This document shows positions 1 to 9,629 of a stretch of DNA of 64,000 nucleotides, piece by piece (position 1 is the stretch's first letter; every line of letters begins with the position of its first letter). The DNA comes from Opitutales bacterium (lineage in GTDB: Bacteria; Verrucomicrobiota; Verrucomicrobiia; Opitutales; JAJFLR01), in assembly GCA_021772565.1 (NCBI GenBank), contig JAJFLR010000035.1, positions 17,621 through 81,620 of the forward strand, read 5' to 3'. The notes beneath the pieces were generated by a model that searched no databases, was not told the origin of the DNA, and was given only the letters and a program-made list of their open reading frames with translations. Made by a program: the position numbers and the translations under genes.

Positions 1-1020
1 CGACTTAAAGTGATGAGTGAGCTCGATATTGCAGAGAGAAGAATACCACAAGATGGTCGTATTGTATTCAAGAAATATACTAAAAAGAATATAGATATTG
101 ATCTTCGTGTTGCTATTGGACCAATGAATTTTGGCGAAAAAGTTTGTATGCGTATTCTCGACAAATCAAAATCAGCACTCCCCATAACGGCACTTGGTTT
201 TTCACAAGAAAATTTAACCAGATATCGTGTTTGTATCGAGCAACCTTATGGAATGCTACTTCACTGCGGCCCAACCGGTTCAGGAAAATCAATGACTTTG
301 TTTTCGGCCTTACGCGAAATTGCATCGCCAGACATTAATATACATACTGCTGAAGATCCAATAGAATATACCATACCTGGCATTAACCAAATGCAAATGC
401 ACAAACAAATCGGGTTAACGTTTGCCGCGGCACTCAGATGTTATCTGCGTATGGATCCTGACATCATCCTTGTGGGAGAGATTAGAGATGAAGAAACAGC
501 GGCGATTGCTATTGAGGCTGCCCTAACTGGTCACTTACTGCTAAGCACTTTGCACACAAACGATGCGCCAAGTACGGTTGCAAGACTATCAGATATGGGC
601 ATTGAACCATTTATGATATCGGCATCACTTCTTGTTGTTTGTGCACAGCGTTTAATGAGACGCGTTTGTAAAAATTGCAAGATGCAATATATTCCAGAGG
701 GAAATGAAAAAGAAATCATAGAAAAAGCTATCGGTTGGAGTGGTGAAATATTTAAAGCAAATGATTCAGGTTGTCCTGCATGTGGTGGTGTCGGTTATAA
801 AGGTCGGACTGGTATACATGAATTAATGACCAACAATGAAGAATTAACAAAAGGTATTAATATAAAAGCTGAGACCGCAGTGCTAAAACGAATTGCAATG
901 AGAACTGACATGAAAACACTTCATCAGGATAGTATGCTTAAAGTAAAAGAAGGCATGTCAACTATGGTAGAAGCACTTTCAAATGTTCCTCCTGACATGA
1001 TTACTGCTGATGGTGAATAA
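1..1020 (+). CDS. GspE/PilB-family secretion/pilus-assembly ATPase, C-terminal ~340 aa (5' end outside window)
   Basis: Frame is open from nt 1 (CGA CTT AAA GTG ATG = [14 protein letters not shown], colinear with [14 protein letters not shown] of the complete paralog at 56859-58574). Walker A GPTGSGKS, Walker [13 protein letters not shown], His box [14 protein letters not shown], tetracysteine CKNC..CPACGG. The track start at GTG 10 is an artefact of the window edge. Confidence 0.9.
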   Translation, partial: RLKVMSELDIAERRIPQDGRIVFKKYTKKNIDIDLRVAIGPMNFGEKVCMRILDKSKSALPITALGFSQENLTRYRVCIEQPYGMLLHCGPTGSGKSMTLFSALREIASPDINIHTAEDPIEYTIPGINQMQMHKQIGLTFAAALRCYLRMDPDIILVGEIRDEETAAIAIEAALTGHLLLSTLHTNDAPSTVARLSDMGIEPFMISASLLVVCAQRLMRRVCKNCKMQYIPEGNEKEIIEKAIGWSGEIFKANDSGCPACGGVGYKGRTGIHELMTNNEELTKGINIKAETAVLKRIAMRTDMKTLHQDSMLKVKEGMSTMVEALSNVPPDMITADGE

Positions 1021-1080
1021 CCAATATTGTTTCAGAATCTTTTAATAATTAAATAGAACAATAAGTTACTCAGTTAAAAA

Positions 1081-1539
1081 ATGTTAACCAGTCCTTTTGA
1101 ACTCAACAAACATGTAAAAGAGCTTGCAATAAATTTTGATCCTTTGCCATTTATTGATATTTGCATAATTGCCTTTTTTTTAACATTAAACAGTTCACGT
1201 TTTCTGATGGCACCCGGAATATCAATATCACTTCCGGAAATTGGTTCATCAAGTTTAACCGGAAGTCCAATTGCCGCCGTTATGACTGTTAGAGAAAATA
1301 ATTCAATAATCTTTGAAGGAGAAATTTTCAGCATAGAATCATTAAGTAATAAACTGATGACATACCTGGAAGAATCTCAAATACAACGTTCTACCCTTTT
1401 GATTAAAGTTGATAAAAATGTAAGTATTCAAAACCTGTTAAAGATTTCAAATATTGCGAGAAATGCAGGATTTAATAATGCACAAATTGCAGCAATTGAA
1501 GTTGTGGATCAAGAAGATATTTTTAACAACAATAATTGA
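1081..1539 (+). CDS. ExbD/TolR-family biopolymer transport protein (probable)
   Basis: 152 aa with one N-terminal hydrophobic helix (FIDICIIAFFLTL). The rest follows the ExbD/TolR pattern: ISISLPE, IIFEGEIFSIESL, LLIKVDKNVSIQNLLKISNIARNAGF. Pattern recall, not a search. Confidence 0.6.
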   Translation: MLTSPFELNKHVKELAINFDPLPFIDICIIAFFLTLNSSRFLMAPGISISLPEIGSSSLTGSPIAAVMTVRENNSIIFEGEIFSIESLSNKLMTYLEESQIQRSTLLIKVDKNVSIQNLLKISNIARNAGFNNAQIAAIEVVDQEDIFNNNN

Positions 1540-2279
1540 ATCAAACACCCATATCATTGGAGACAAATTATAAATCAAAAATTGTGGCAATAGTGATAGT
1601 CACTATTATTTTTACTACACTTTTGCTAGTTTTTAAAATCAGGTTTAACGAAAATAATACTGTAGTTAAGAATGATAGTTTTTTAGTAATACCAGACAAT
1701 AAAGACGTAAGCAATAATAGAATCTTAAGTGAACAAGCTTCTTTATTTGATTCATTACCGTTATTTATTCCAACCCGATGGAATTATGGTGGTAAAATCA
1801 ACATTATAGAAGCCGAAAGAAATAACACTTTAGTTTTTGAAAATTTCACTAAAGAAATTACACTAAATGATTCCAGTTTAAACCCTTCAAAATTTTCTAC
1901 AGAAAATATATCGATTGATTCCTCTATAATGGAGGAGAGAAATGATTGGTTATTATTTTCTAATTTTGGTGAACTCACACTACAAAGTTCAAATAAAAAA
2001 GTGATTTTGGGAGAACTGGTTGTTATTGATATTGAAAAAAATCTGCCCATTTTAAAGGAAGACCTACCCACAGAAATATTGAATATGATTGAAGATACCA
2101 ATTATTTTCCATTTGAATTCTATACAGTATTATACACGATTGGCCAAATAGGAAAACCATTCATGATTAAAGGATCAAATAATTCTCAAATTAATAAAAA
2201 GCTAACTGATTACGTTCAAACAAAATTAAATAGAGTTAAACTAACGCCCGGATATTATAGAGTATTAATTGGCCTATAG
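1536..2279 (+). CDS. Membrane-anchored protein, possible TonB-C-like C-terminus; function unknown
   Basis: 247 aa. TTG start overlaps the upstream TGA by 4 nt (TTGA). One N-terminal helix (IVAIVIVTIIFTTLLLVF). The C-terminal EFYTVLYTIGQIGKPFMIKGSNNSQINKKL..LTPGYYRVLIGL loosely resembles TonB C-terminal domains. Confidence 0.45.
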   Translation: MNQTPISLETNYKSKIVAIVIVTIIFTTLLLVFKIRFNENNTVVKNDSFLVIPDNKDVSNNRILSEQASLFDSLPLFIPTRWNYGGKINIIEAERNNTLVFENFTKEITLNDSSLNPSKFSTENISIDSSIMEERNDWLLFSNFGELTLQSSNKKVILGELVVIDIEKNLPILKEDLPTEILNMIEDTNYFPFEFYTVLYTIGQIGKPFMIKGSNNSQINKKLTDYVQTKLNRVKLTPGYYRVLIGL

Positions 2280-2296
2280 AAGAATAGATTATCTCA

Positions 2297-4792
2297 TCAA
2301 GGTAATTCATTTACTTCAAAATCATCAGCAAATAAATAGTCGTCTGCTTCTTGGTAAATAATATTTAAATTGAATGACGCGGAATGAGCATTTTCCGGCG
2401 ACAAAATGATAATGTTTAATGGGTGCCAATCATACGACTCTCCAATAGGTAAGCGATCGACTAAGGAGGATTTAATAGTTTCACCTTGATTATTTATCCA
2501 CTGAATATCCAGAAATATTTTAGTTGCAGAGCTAGATTTATATTTAGTCCAAACTTTAAAGCTATAATGCTTATTCGGTGAAACTTTCAATTTTTGACTC
2601 AGTATGGTAACTTCTGAGTTTTTTATAAACATACCAAAGGCTCCAGATCTAGCTGCCTTTTTATTAAATTTAATTTCCAACCCCTCAGCTGGAATAGCCT
2701 CTAACTCCCAACTAACTGGCAGTTTTTCAAGAACAAAAAGCTTTCTACTCTTCGCTCTTAAATCAGAATTTTCAAAAGATCGTAATTTCTCTAAACTTGG
2801 ATTTTTGATGAGCTGTGTAGAATTCTGCTCTTCTGAAATAAATCTTTGAATTGAATTTACCAATAATAATAAACGATTTATTTTAGATTTTTGGATTAAA
2901 TCAATTAGGTTCGTCGTGACATCATTCAATATCAACTCCTTTAATCCAAACAACAAAATCTGAGATATTATTTTTGGTGAAGGATCCCACTCAAATAAAT
3001 ATTTATTTCCATACAATCTACTATTCAATTTATGGAAGTTTGATTCATCATTAATATAATTCCATAACTCATAACGTATTTTCATGTAGACAGATAGATC
3101 TTGAATGGTATTTTCCAAACTTTCTTTTGAAACTATTGTATCTTTGGCTAACTTATTTAATAGATAAAAGTAATTAGAAAATTTTTCAGTTACCTCAAAT
3201 GCCTCAGAATACAAGCGAATCCTATCTTTTATAACGGTTGATTTTGTTAATGCAGTAGCTTCATCTAAAAATTTTTTTAGCTCCTCACAAACTATCGGTG
3301 GAAATATAATTAGTTGTTGAATGTTCCGATAATATTTCAACCATCTTGCTTTTCCTGATTGGCCTAACCATTGTTTTTCACACAAATCAAAATATTTCCG
3401 CATAGGTAAAGCAGCCTCTTGAAAAAAATTAGTGTAAAAATCATCGAGAAGTTTAACTGAATTTTGATCCGGATTCCACAATAGTTGTGTAACTATCCAT
3501 GGTTGAGCCCCATTTAAACCCCAAATTGGATAAATTTCTGCATAAAATCCTTTTACACCGGCTTTCCATGCAAACTTAATACTTTCATTAATTAAGCTAG
3601 GGTAAAAGCGGGGAATAATATAATTATTTCCATAGTAGTAGTCATATATCCCAACTATTTTTGAACCGTTATTAACCCATCGAGATATCAAGGCTTTATC
3701 TTGTTGCTTAAACTTTTTATCATACCATTGGCTTCGATCAGCAGTTAAATATGGCAATACGTTAGGCAAAACTTTAAACGTCGGTGTATTTTCATACCAT
3801 GAATATGCAAGACAGCCAATATATTTATCTGAATGTGATAGTAAAACTTTTTGTGCTACCTTATTCGTAAAATCAAATACATAATTCGAGTAATCAGGAA
3901 CGCCTCTAAAATATCTTTTTGAACTATTTTTTAAATAACCAAAATCAATCTCGCCAAACTTATTGCTATCATTTAATCCAATTGAAAATGTAGCAGTATT
4001 ATAATTTTTAATAAAAAATTTATTTGCAGTATTAGCCACCTGATCCACGACTTCCATGTTACTTAAATCAGGCTGATAATTTAGATCCATTTTACCGTTT
4101 GGTTGGTAACGACTGTCACGAATAAGCGGGAACCAATCCGGATGTTCTGAAAAATGATCATAACGAATAATATTGCTAAGATTGTGATGAAAATCATAGC
4201 GTCTAGTTAATAAGTTTCGCTGTTGCCAAAGCTTACCGTCATAGCCTCTTATTCCACTAAAAACCCTCGATAAAAATGCTGGCTCAACGACTTTATCCAA
4301 ATTATCTATGACCCATGATTTTCTTTCAGGAACATACTCACCAATTTTACCTGGCAAATACCATCTAACGCCTCCATAATTTTGTAAAAACCAATAAACT
4401 GCGGAAAGCGTAGCTTGTGGAGTTTTACCCAAAATTAACAAATCATCATTCCACGTGCGCAAAATAAAAGCCTCTTTGTCGAGAGGCTTAATGATATTAA
4501 AAAGATGAGCTGTTTGAGGTGTAAGTCCAATATAAATTCCACGCTGGCCACTTTTAGGCGGATCATTAATAACTTCAGCTTGATAACTACCCATCTTACT
4601 TATAACTCGGGAAAGTTCAAAAGCCGCTTGTCTTTCTAAAAGACTAGTATTTTGAGGGATATATATATTTGGAATTGGCTCATCATCATCAAATATTACA
4701 AATTTATTATTGTATTCTTTAGCTGTAATGTAATAGCAAGACAGCAGATTTAGAAAAAGCATATATAAAGTTTTGATTTTATTCCAATTCAT
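2297..4792 (-). CDS. Exported DUF4838-like glycoside-hydrolase-like protein with C-terminal carbohydrate-binding-like domain
   Basis: 831 aa. Signal peptide with possible lipobox (LNLLSC). The N-terminal ERQAAFELSRVISKMG segment matches my recollection of DUF4838 proteins. The C-terminal ~150 aa is jelly-roll-like (YSFKVWTKYKS..IFLDIQWINNQGE..YLFADDFEV). Confidence 0.5.
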   Translation of the reverse strand: MNWNKIKTLYMLFLNLLSCYYITAKEYNNKFVIFDDDEPIPNIYIPQNTSLLERQAAFELSRVISKMGSYQAEVINDPPKSGQRGIYIGLTPQTAHLFNIIKPLDKEAFILRTWNDDLLILGKTPQATLSAVYWFLQNYGGVRWYLPGKIGEYVPERKSWVIDNLDKVVEPAFLSRVFSGIRGYDGKLWQQRNLLTRRYDFHHNLSNIIRYDHFSEHPDWFPLIRDSRYQPNGKMDLNYQPDLSNMEVVDQVANTANKFFIKNYNTATFSIGLNDSNKFGEIDFGYLKNSSKRYFRGVPDYSNYVFDFTNKVAQKVLLSHSDKYIGCLAYSWYENTPTFKVLPNVLPYLTADRSQWYDKKFKQQDKALISRWVNNGSKIVGIYDYYYGNNYIIPRFYPSLINESIKFAWKAGVKGFYAEIYPIWGLNGAQPWIVTQLLWNPDQNSVKLLDDFYTNFFQEAALPMRKYFDLCEKQWLGQSGKARWLKYYRNIQQLIIFPPIVCEELKKFLDEATALTKSTVIKDRIRLYSEAFEVTEKFSNYFYLLNKLAKDTIVSKESLENTIQDLSVYMKIRYELWNYINDESNFHKLNSRLYGNKYLFEWDPSPKIISQILLFGLKELILNDVTTNLIDLIQKSKINRLLLLVNSIQRFISEEQNSTQLIKNPSLEKLRSFENSDLRAKSRKLFVLEKLPVSWELEAIPAEGLEIKFNKKAARSGAFGMFIKNSEVTILSQKLKVSPNKHYSFKVWTKYKSSSATKIFLDIQWINNQGETIKSSLVDRLPIGESYDWHPLNIIILSPENAHSASFNLNIIYQEADDYLFADDFEVNELP

Positions 4793-4817
4793 TATCTGTT
4801 GTTTATTATTAATTAAA

Positions 4818-6026
4818 TTATAACGATTTAATTAAAACTTCATTAAGTTTATTAGATAGAATATCTCGGGAAAAAGTATTCTCGGCCAATTTACGAGAGT
4901 TTTTACCAAACTCTATACATTTTTCCGGATTATCTCTCAGGTATATAGCTTTATCTGCAAAATCACTGGCATTATCAGGTTCGACAAATACACCGCAATT
5001 ATTAGTTGTAACAATATCAGATAACCAACCAGGCATATTTGTCAGAACAGGCTTTCCAGCTGCAAGTGAATCAAACATCTTATTAGGGGAACAGGTATAT
5101 AAAATTGGCACATTTTTATAAATCGTCATACATACATCTACAGCTGCAGCTAGCTCAGCAATTTGACCCTTGTCTTTAACCGATTCAGAAAAAATTACGT
5201 TGGTTAAACCTTCATCATTTGCTCTATTTACAAGATCAATTCTTTCTTTTCCCGCACCGTGTAAAACAAGAACTATATCGTCTATAGATCGTTTCCTTAA
5301 CTCAATAGCTGAATCAATAATAAAATTCAACCCATTAGCAGGCCCCATAGTCCCAAAATATGCCAGCGAAAACCGTCCATTTAATTTGAGCTTTTCACTC
5401 ATATTTTTTCCATTCACACTGGGTGAAAAAAGTTGCAGGTCACTGGCATTCGGTATGACTGTAACTCTATCATCAGGAATTCCGGTAGCAACAATCCCAT
5501 CCTTCATACCTGGAGACAGTGCAATAATATGTTTTGATTTATTATAAACTTTTTTTTCCAACCATCGTGATAAGAAAATTAGAACAGGACTTTTCAAAAT
5601 ATCCATCTGAATAGCTGCCTCCGGCCAAAGATCTCGAACTTCAAAAACCAGAGGGATTTTATTTTTTATTATCGCATACAATGCCGGTATTGCAATTGTT
5701 AGGGGTGTACTAGTGGCAAATACTAAGTCACCTTTTAGTGATGCAGCTCTAAAACTACTTTTAATTGCAAACATCAAAAATGCTTTTACCCTCATCCAGA
5801 ACCCATAATTATTTGAATACGGTACTGCCAGCCAATGAACTCGGACTCCTTCCTCACTTGTTGTAAACCAACCTCTTGGCGTATCCTTAGTAGGATTTTC
5901 CAATGAGCACACCATATCAACGGTATGCCCTTTCTGGACTAACCGTCTAGCCAATTCGTAGGATCGTGTACCACCTACACTATTTTTGGGAACTTTAAAA
6001 TATTGATGCAGATAGATAATGTGCAT
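4818..6026 (-). CDS. Glycosyltransferase family 4 (WbuB/WcaI-like)
   Basis: 402 aa. N-terminus MHIIYLHQYFKVPKNSVGGTRSYELARRLVQKGHTVDMV and C-terminal SPNKMFDSLAAGKPVLTN are typical of the WbuB/WcaI GT4 subgroup. Confidence 0.8.
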   Translation of the reverse strand: MHIIYLHQYFKVPKNSVGGTRSYELARRLVQKGHTVDMVCSLENPTKDTPRGWFTTSEEGVRVHWLAVPYSNNYGFWMRVKAFLMFAIKSSFRAASLKGDLVFATSTPLTIAIPALYAIIKNKIPLVFEVRDLWPEAAIQMDILKSPVLIFLSRWLEKKVYNKSKHIIALSPGMKDGIVATGIPDDRVTVIPNASDLQLFSPSVNGKNMSEKLKLNGRFSLAYFGTMGPANGLNFIIDSAIELRKRSIDDIVLVLHGAGKERIDLVNRANDEGLTNVIFSESVKDKGQIAELAAAVDVCMTIYKNVPILYTCSPNKMFDSLAAGKPVLTNMPGWLSDIVTTNNCGVFVEPDNASDFADKAIYLRDNPEKCIEFGKNSRKLAENTFSRDILSNKLNEVLIKSL

Positions 6027-6049
6027 TTCTAATTTGCTATAATTATTAT

Positions 6050-7351
6050 CTAAACGATGGATTGAAAACCTGGATTTTCTATATCCAAATTAGATGATGA
6101 CAAATCAAAAACCTTTATCTCTGAATTAAGCCAATTATCAATTATACTTCGGTCAACTGAGTGACCGACAATAATTGCTTCACAATCAGATAGGTCTTGC
6201 AGATTACTCTTCAACAACTCTGCTAGATGAGGTAAATGCTGCTTTACAAATGAACGATTGCCTCCTACCAAACGTGCTTCCTGAACTTTATCATCATAAC
6301 ATAAAATTGACTTTCCTTTCCCCAATAATCTCTCAGTTAGTTCTACTAATGGACTTTCGCGCAAATCATCAGTTCCAGCCTTAAATGAAAGACCATATAT
6401 CCCAATTTTACTAACGTTTATTTCCAATATTTGCCTCAGTGCTCTCTCAATTTGACTTTGATTACTAGATAAAACATTTTCCAGCATTGGTAAATTGAGA
6501 TTTTGGTTGCGGGCTTCTGAAAGAAAAGCGCGTAAATCTTTTGGAAGACAGGAGCCGCCAAAGGCAAAACCAGGACGTAAATATTTATCAGATATATTTA
6601 ATTTAGTATCCTGGCAAAATATATCCATTACATTTTGACTATTGATATTATGTGACTGACAAAACTGACCTATCTCATTGGCAAATGTAATTTTTACGGC
6701 ATGAAACAAATTATCACAGTATTTTACCATTTCAGCATCCTTAATTGTAGTTACAATTCTGGGGGCATCAATTCCATTATATAATGACATTAATGGATCA
6801 CTTGCACCCGCATGAATTTCACCAATAACAATTTTTGGTGGATTATAAAAATCATAAACCGAAGTACTTTCTCTTAAAAATTCTGGATGAAATAATACAT
6901 CAAACCCTTCACCCACTTTTTTACCACTTCGTTCTTCTAAAGTTGGAATTACTAATGAACTAACAGTTCCGGGTACAACAGTACTTCTCACAACTACAAG
7001 ATATTTTGAATTTCGGTCGCGTATTGCATCACCAATTTGCCCTATAACATTTTCTATGTATTTATTTTCCAGAGCACCGTTTTGTTTTGAAGGTGTTCCC
7101 ACACAAATAATAGCCATTTCAGTTTGAGACACAGCTTCAGTTGCATCATTTAACGCTATAAGTTTTTTTGAATCAGTAGCATTTTTTATTAACTCGCCGA
7201 TGTCATCTTCAATTATTGGTGTCTGACCACTATTAATTAAATTGGTTTTACTCTCTGAAATATCTACACCAAATACAGAATGACCATTTTTAGCTAAACA
7301 GGCTGCTGTCACGACTCCAACATACCCTAATCCAAATACACTAATATTCAT
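6050..7351 (-). CDS. algD: GDP-mannose 6-dehydrogenase (AlgD-like nucleotide-sugar dehydrogenase)
   Basis: 433 aa, colinear with P. aeruginosa AlgD as I recall it. Motifs: MNISVFGLGYVG, VVVRSTVVPGT, HPEFLRES, GFAFGGSCLPKDLRAF (catalytic Cys), GLSFKAGTDDLRESP. Confidence 0.8.
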   Translation of the reverse strand: MNISVFGLGYVGVVTAACLAKNGHSVFGVDISESKTNLINSGQTPIIEDDIGELIKNATDSKKLIALNDATEAVSQTEMAIICVGTPSKQNGALENKYIENVIGQIGDAIRDRNSKYLVVVRSTVVPGTVSSLVIPTLEERSGKKVGEGFDVLFHPEFLRESTSVYDFYNPPKIVIGEIHAGASDPLMSLYNGIDAPRIVTTIKDAEMVKYCDNLFHAVKITFANEIGQFCQSHNINSQNVMDIFCQDTKLNISDKYLRPGFAFGGSCLPKDLRAFLSEARNQNLNLPMLENVLSSNQSQIERALRQILEINVSKIGIYGLSFKAGTDDLRESPLVELTERLLGKGKSILCYDDKVQEARLVGGNRSFVKQHLPHLAELLKSNLQDLSDCEAIIVGHSVDRSIIDNWLNSEIKVFDLSSSNLDIENPGFQSIV

Positions 7352-7355
7352 AAAT

Positions 7356-9560
7356 TTAATTGTTGGAATAGTTAATTTCTTTAGTTAAAAGTTTTCTATC
7401 AAATAACTTTAGTATTTTATCTGATCCAGGTTGATTAAGTATCAAAGTATAACCATATTCGGGATCATCAAATTTAATTTCACTTTCTCTGAAAGATAGA
7501 GTTTTATGTACATCCACTGAACTAAAAAAAGAGATTAATCGCAAAGGTAATTTTGATCGAATCTGAGCATTTATGGACAAGCCAGGTTCAACATCTCCAT
7601 AGTAATGGGAAATTTTTCCGCGTGGTTTAGGTGCTTCATCACCAACCCCAACCTTAAGATTTATCAGATTGGATTCGCCAGAGTTAGTGTAAATACTTAA
7701 GCTATAGTCACCTTCAGAAGTACTTACTACAATATTATTTTGTTCAGGATAAAATTTATATTCCAACTCAGGCATTAACCAATGAAGATCAATTTGGTGA
7801 ATATCCAAGCCTAACAAATCATCAATTACTACCCACGTTTCCAATCCACATTTAACTAATGCTCTTCTGTGTATTACCGGATCTTCTAAACAAGCGTAAC
7901 CATCATGCTCACCCTCAAAAGATTCTATGCCCAATTCAGAATCGCCATACTTATGCCTTAAAGATGCCTTTAGCCATTTCATCCACATAAATCTTGGACC
8001 ACGTTCCATTTGTTCATTTTCATCGACAACTATAGTATTATGACAATATGTAGAATGGAGAGCTAAGTAACGTTCTGGTTCAGCAAAATATTGATATGTT
8101 CCAGCATCACAGGCAATGTTTATACCTCTCCACCATATGTCAACATGGAGCATATCTGCATGACTGGGTCGATCATGAAATCCACCACATTTAAATAAAG
8201 CCCATGAAACTTCATCACCAGATGTATAATATCCATCCCTGCATGCAGAAATGTTTCTGCGCTTAACTAGATTACGATTCGAATCAAATGTCTCCAACCC
8301 AAAAAACCAAAGCAAATCTTCGTCCCAAAGACCATTACCCAATATACGATCACTATAAAATAAATAATTTATACAGCTACATATAGGCCTGAAATCTGAA
8401 TAGTCACAATTATTCAATGGAACTATAAGTGCACCATCATTAGCTCCAATATTGGGTGACTGTCCACTTCTTTCATCAAGCATACCAATCATAAAATCAG
8501 CGGCTTTATTAATCCTGAGCAGCATCTCCTTTGAAAAAGAAAGCCCATTAACTTGAGCAATGCGAATTGCATAAAGATAATCTTGAAGCATTAATCGATG
8601 GTAATTATTAGACTTCTGTATAAATGAACCATCATCATGTATCAAGCGCCTTGCATCTTCTTCCAAAATATTCTTTCCTATCTCTAACCACTTTTTTGAA
8701 TTACTTAATTGTGGAAATAAAACGCCTACTATATAGAGCCCTACACCTTCGCTTATGCTATGATTATTTTGCTGTAAATATGAATAAATGTGATCTGCGG
8801 CAACTCTGTCGGCTTGAGCAGCAATCAAACCTAACAATTTCGCAAAACGTTCAGGAGTAGTAGAATTTGAATCAACAACTGCAAACAAGGCAAAACACCA
8901 CGCCATTATGCGTAGAGATGTTTCCTGACCGCATTTCCAATGAGCACCAAAATTTGGTGGATTATCATTTTCCCAACTTTCAATTAGTAGCCAAAATGTT
9001 TCTGCAAAATCTTCTCGATCAGTTAAAATATATGCCCTGCTCAAAGTGTAAGCTGATGCAAATCGGCCAGGTTCCCAAATATATTTCAAATCACCTGAAT
9101 TTCCAGATTGCATTGGAATTTTTGTCCAATGCTCTTTAGCCGATGATTTTTGGCTGGTAAAAGGATTTAGGTGCCAATCAGGTGGAAACCCCAAGTGTCC
9201 AGTTTGATGAAAAAAGTATCTAAAATCTCCACGTTTAATACTCTCGGCTTCAAGTATCAGCTTTTCAACACCTGACTTCCCTAATATTTTAGTCTGCTTT
9301 AATCTAATGTTGTGTTTATTCTTCGGATCAAAAAAAAATCGGGGTTTATTATTTAGCCAATTATCAAATAATTTCCCAGGATCTTCAGAAAATTTTGGCG
9401 TAACCCAATGCAGCCACTCATTGTCATGCCAATTACGTTGCTTAAACATTAAACGATGCCAACCATAACGAACTTTAACTTCATAGAGTCCACGCATGAT
9501 GACCCACTTAAGTCCCATCTGACGTATAGATAACAATAAAAAGTTTAGCGACTTTTTCAA
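7356..9560 (-). CDS. Heparinase II/III-like (alginate-lyase-fold) protein
   Basis: 734 aa. C-terminal signature HADMLHVDIWWRGINIACDAGTYQY is typical of the heparinase II/III family. The N-terminal alpha-rich half resembles alginate-lyase-type domains. Only 4 nt from the algD-like start. Confidence 0.7.
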   Translation of the reverse strand: MKKSLNFLLLSIRQMGLKWVIMRGLYEVKVRYGWHRLMFKQRNWHDNEWLHWVTPKFSEDPGKLFDNWLNNKPRFFFDPKNKHNIRLKQTKILGKSGVEKLILEAESIKRGDFRYFFHQTGHLGFPPDWHLNPFTSQKSSAKEHWTKIPMQSGNSGDLKYIWEPGRFASAYTLSRAYILTDREDFAETFWLLIESWENDNPPNFGAHWKCGQETSLRIMAWCFALFAVVDSNSTTPERFAKLLGLIAAQADRVAADHIYSYLQQNNHSISEGVGLYIVGVLFPQLSNSKKWLEIGKNILEEDARRLIHDDGSFIQKSNNYHRLMLQDYLYAIRIAQVNGLSFSKEMLLRINKAADFMIGMLDERSGQSPNIGANDGALIVPLNNCDYSDFRPICSCINYLFYSDRILGNGLWDEDLLWFFGLETFDSNRNLVKRRNISACRDGYYTSGDEVSWALFKCGGFHDRPSHADMLHVDIWWRGINIACDAGTYQYFAEPERYLALHSTYCHNTIVVDENEQMERGPRFMWMKWLKASLRHKYGDSELGIESFEGEHDGYACLEDPVIHRRALVKCGLETWVVIDDLLGLDIHQIDLHWLMPELEYKFYPEQNNIVVSTSEGDYSLSIYTNSGESNLINLKVGVGDEAPKPRGKISHYYGDVEPGLSINAQIRSKLPLRLISFFSSVDVHKTLSFRESEIKFDDPEYGYTLILNQPGSDKILKLFDRKLLTKEINYSNN

Positions 9561-9629
9561 TTAGAATCGTTAGTTGAATTTAAATAGTACAGTTAGACAA
9601 ATCAATTGGAAATTATAGACGTACCAAAT

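Noticed and set aside
113-719. Short ORFs on the opposite strand or in other frames inside long genes (113-325, 144-338, 531-719 and the many similar 60-125 aa track entries throughout the window)
   Set aside because: Each lies entirely within a much longer ORF that carries clear family motifs. They have low-complexity, stop-poor shadow-frame composition and no recognisable motifs.
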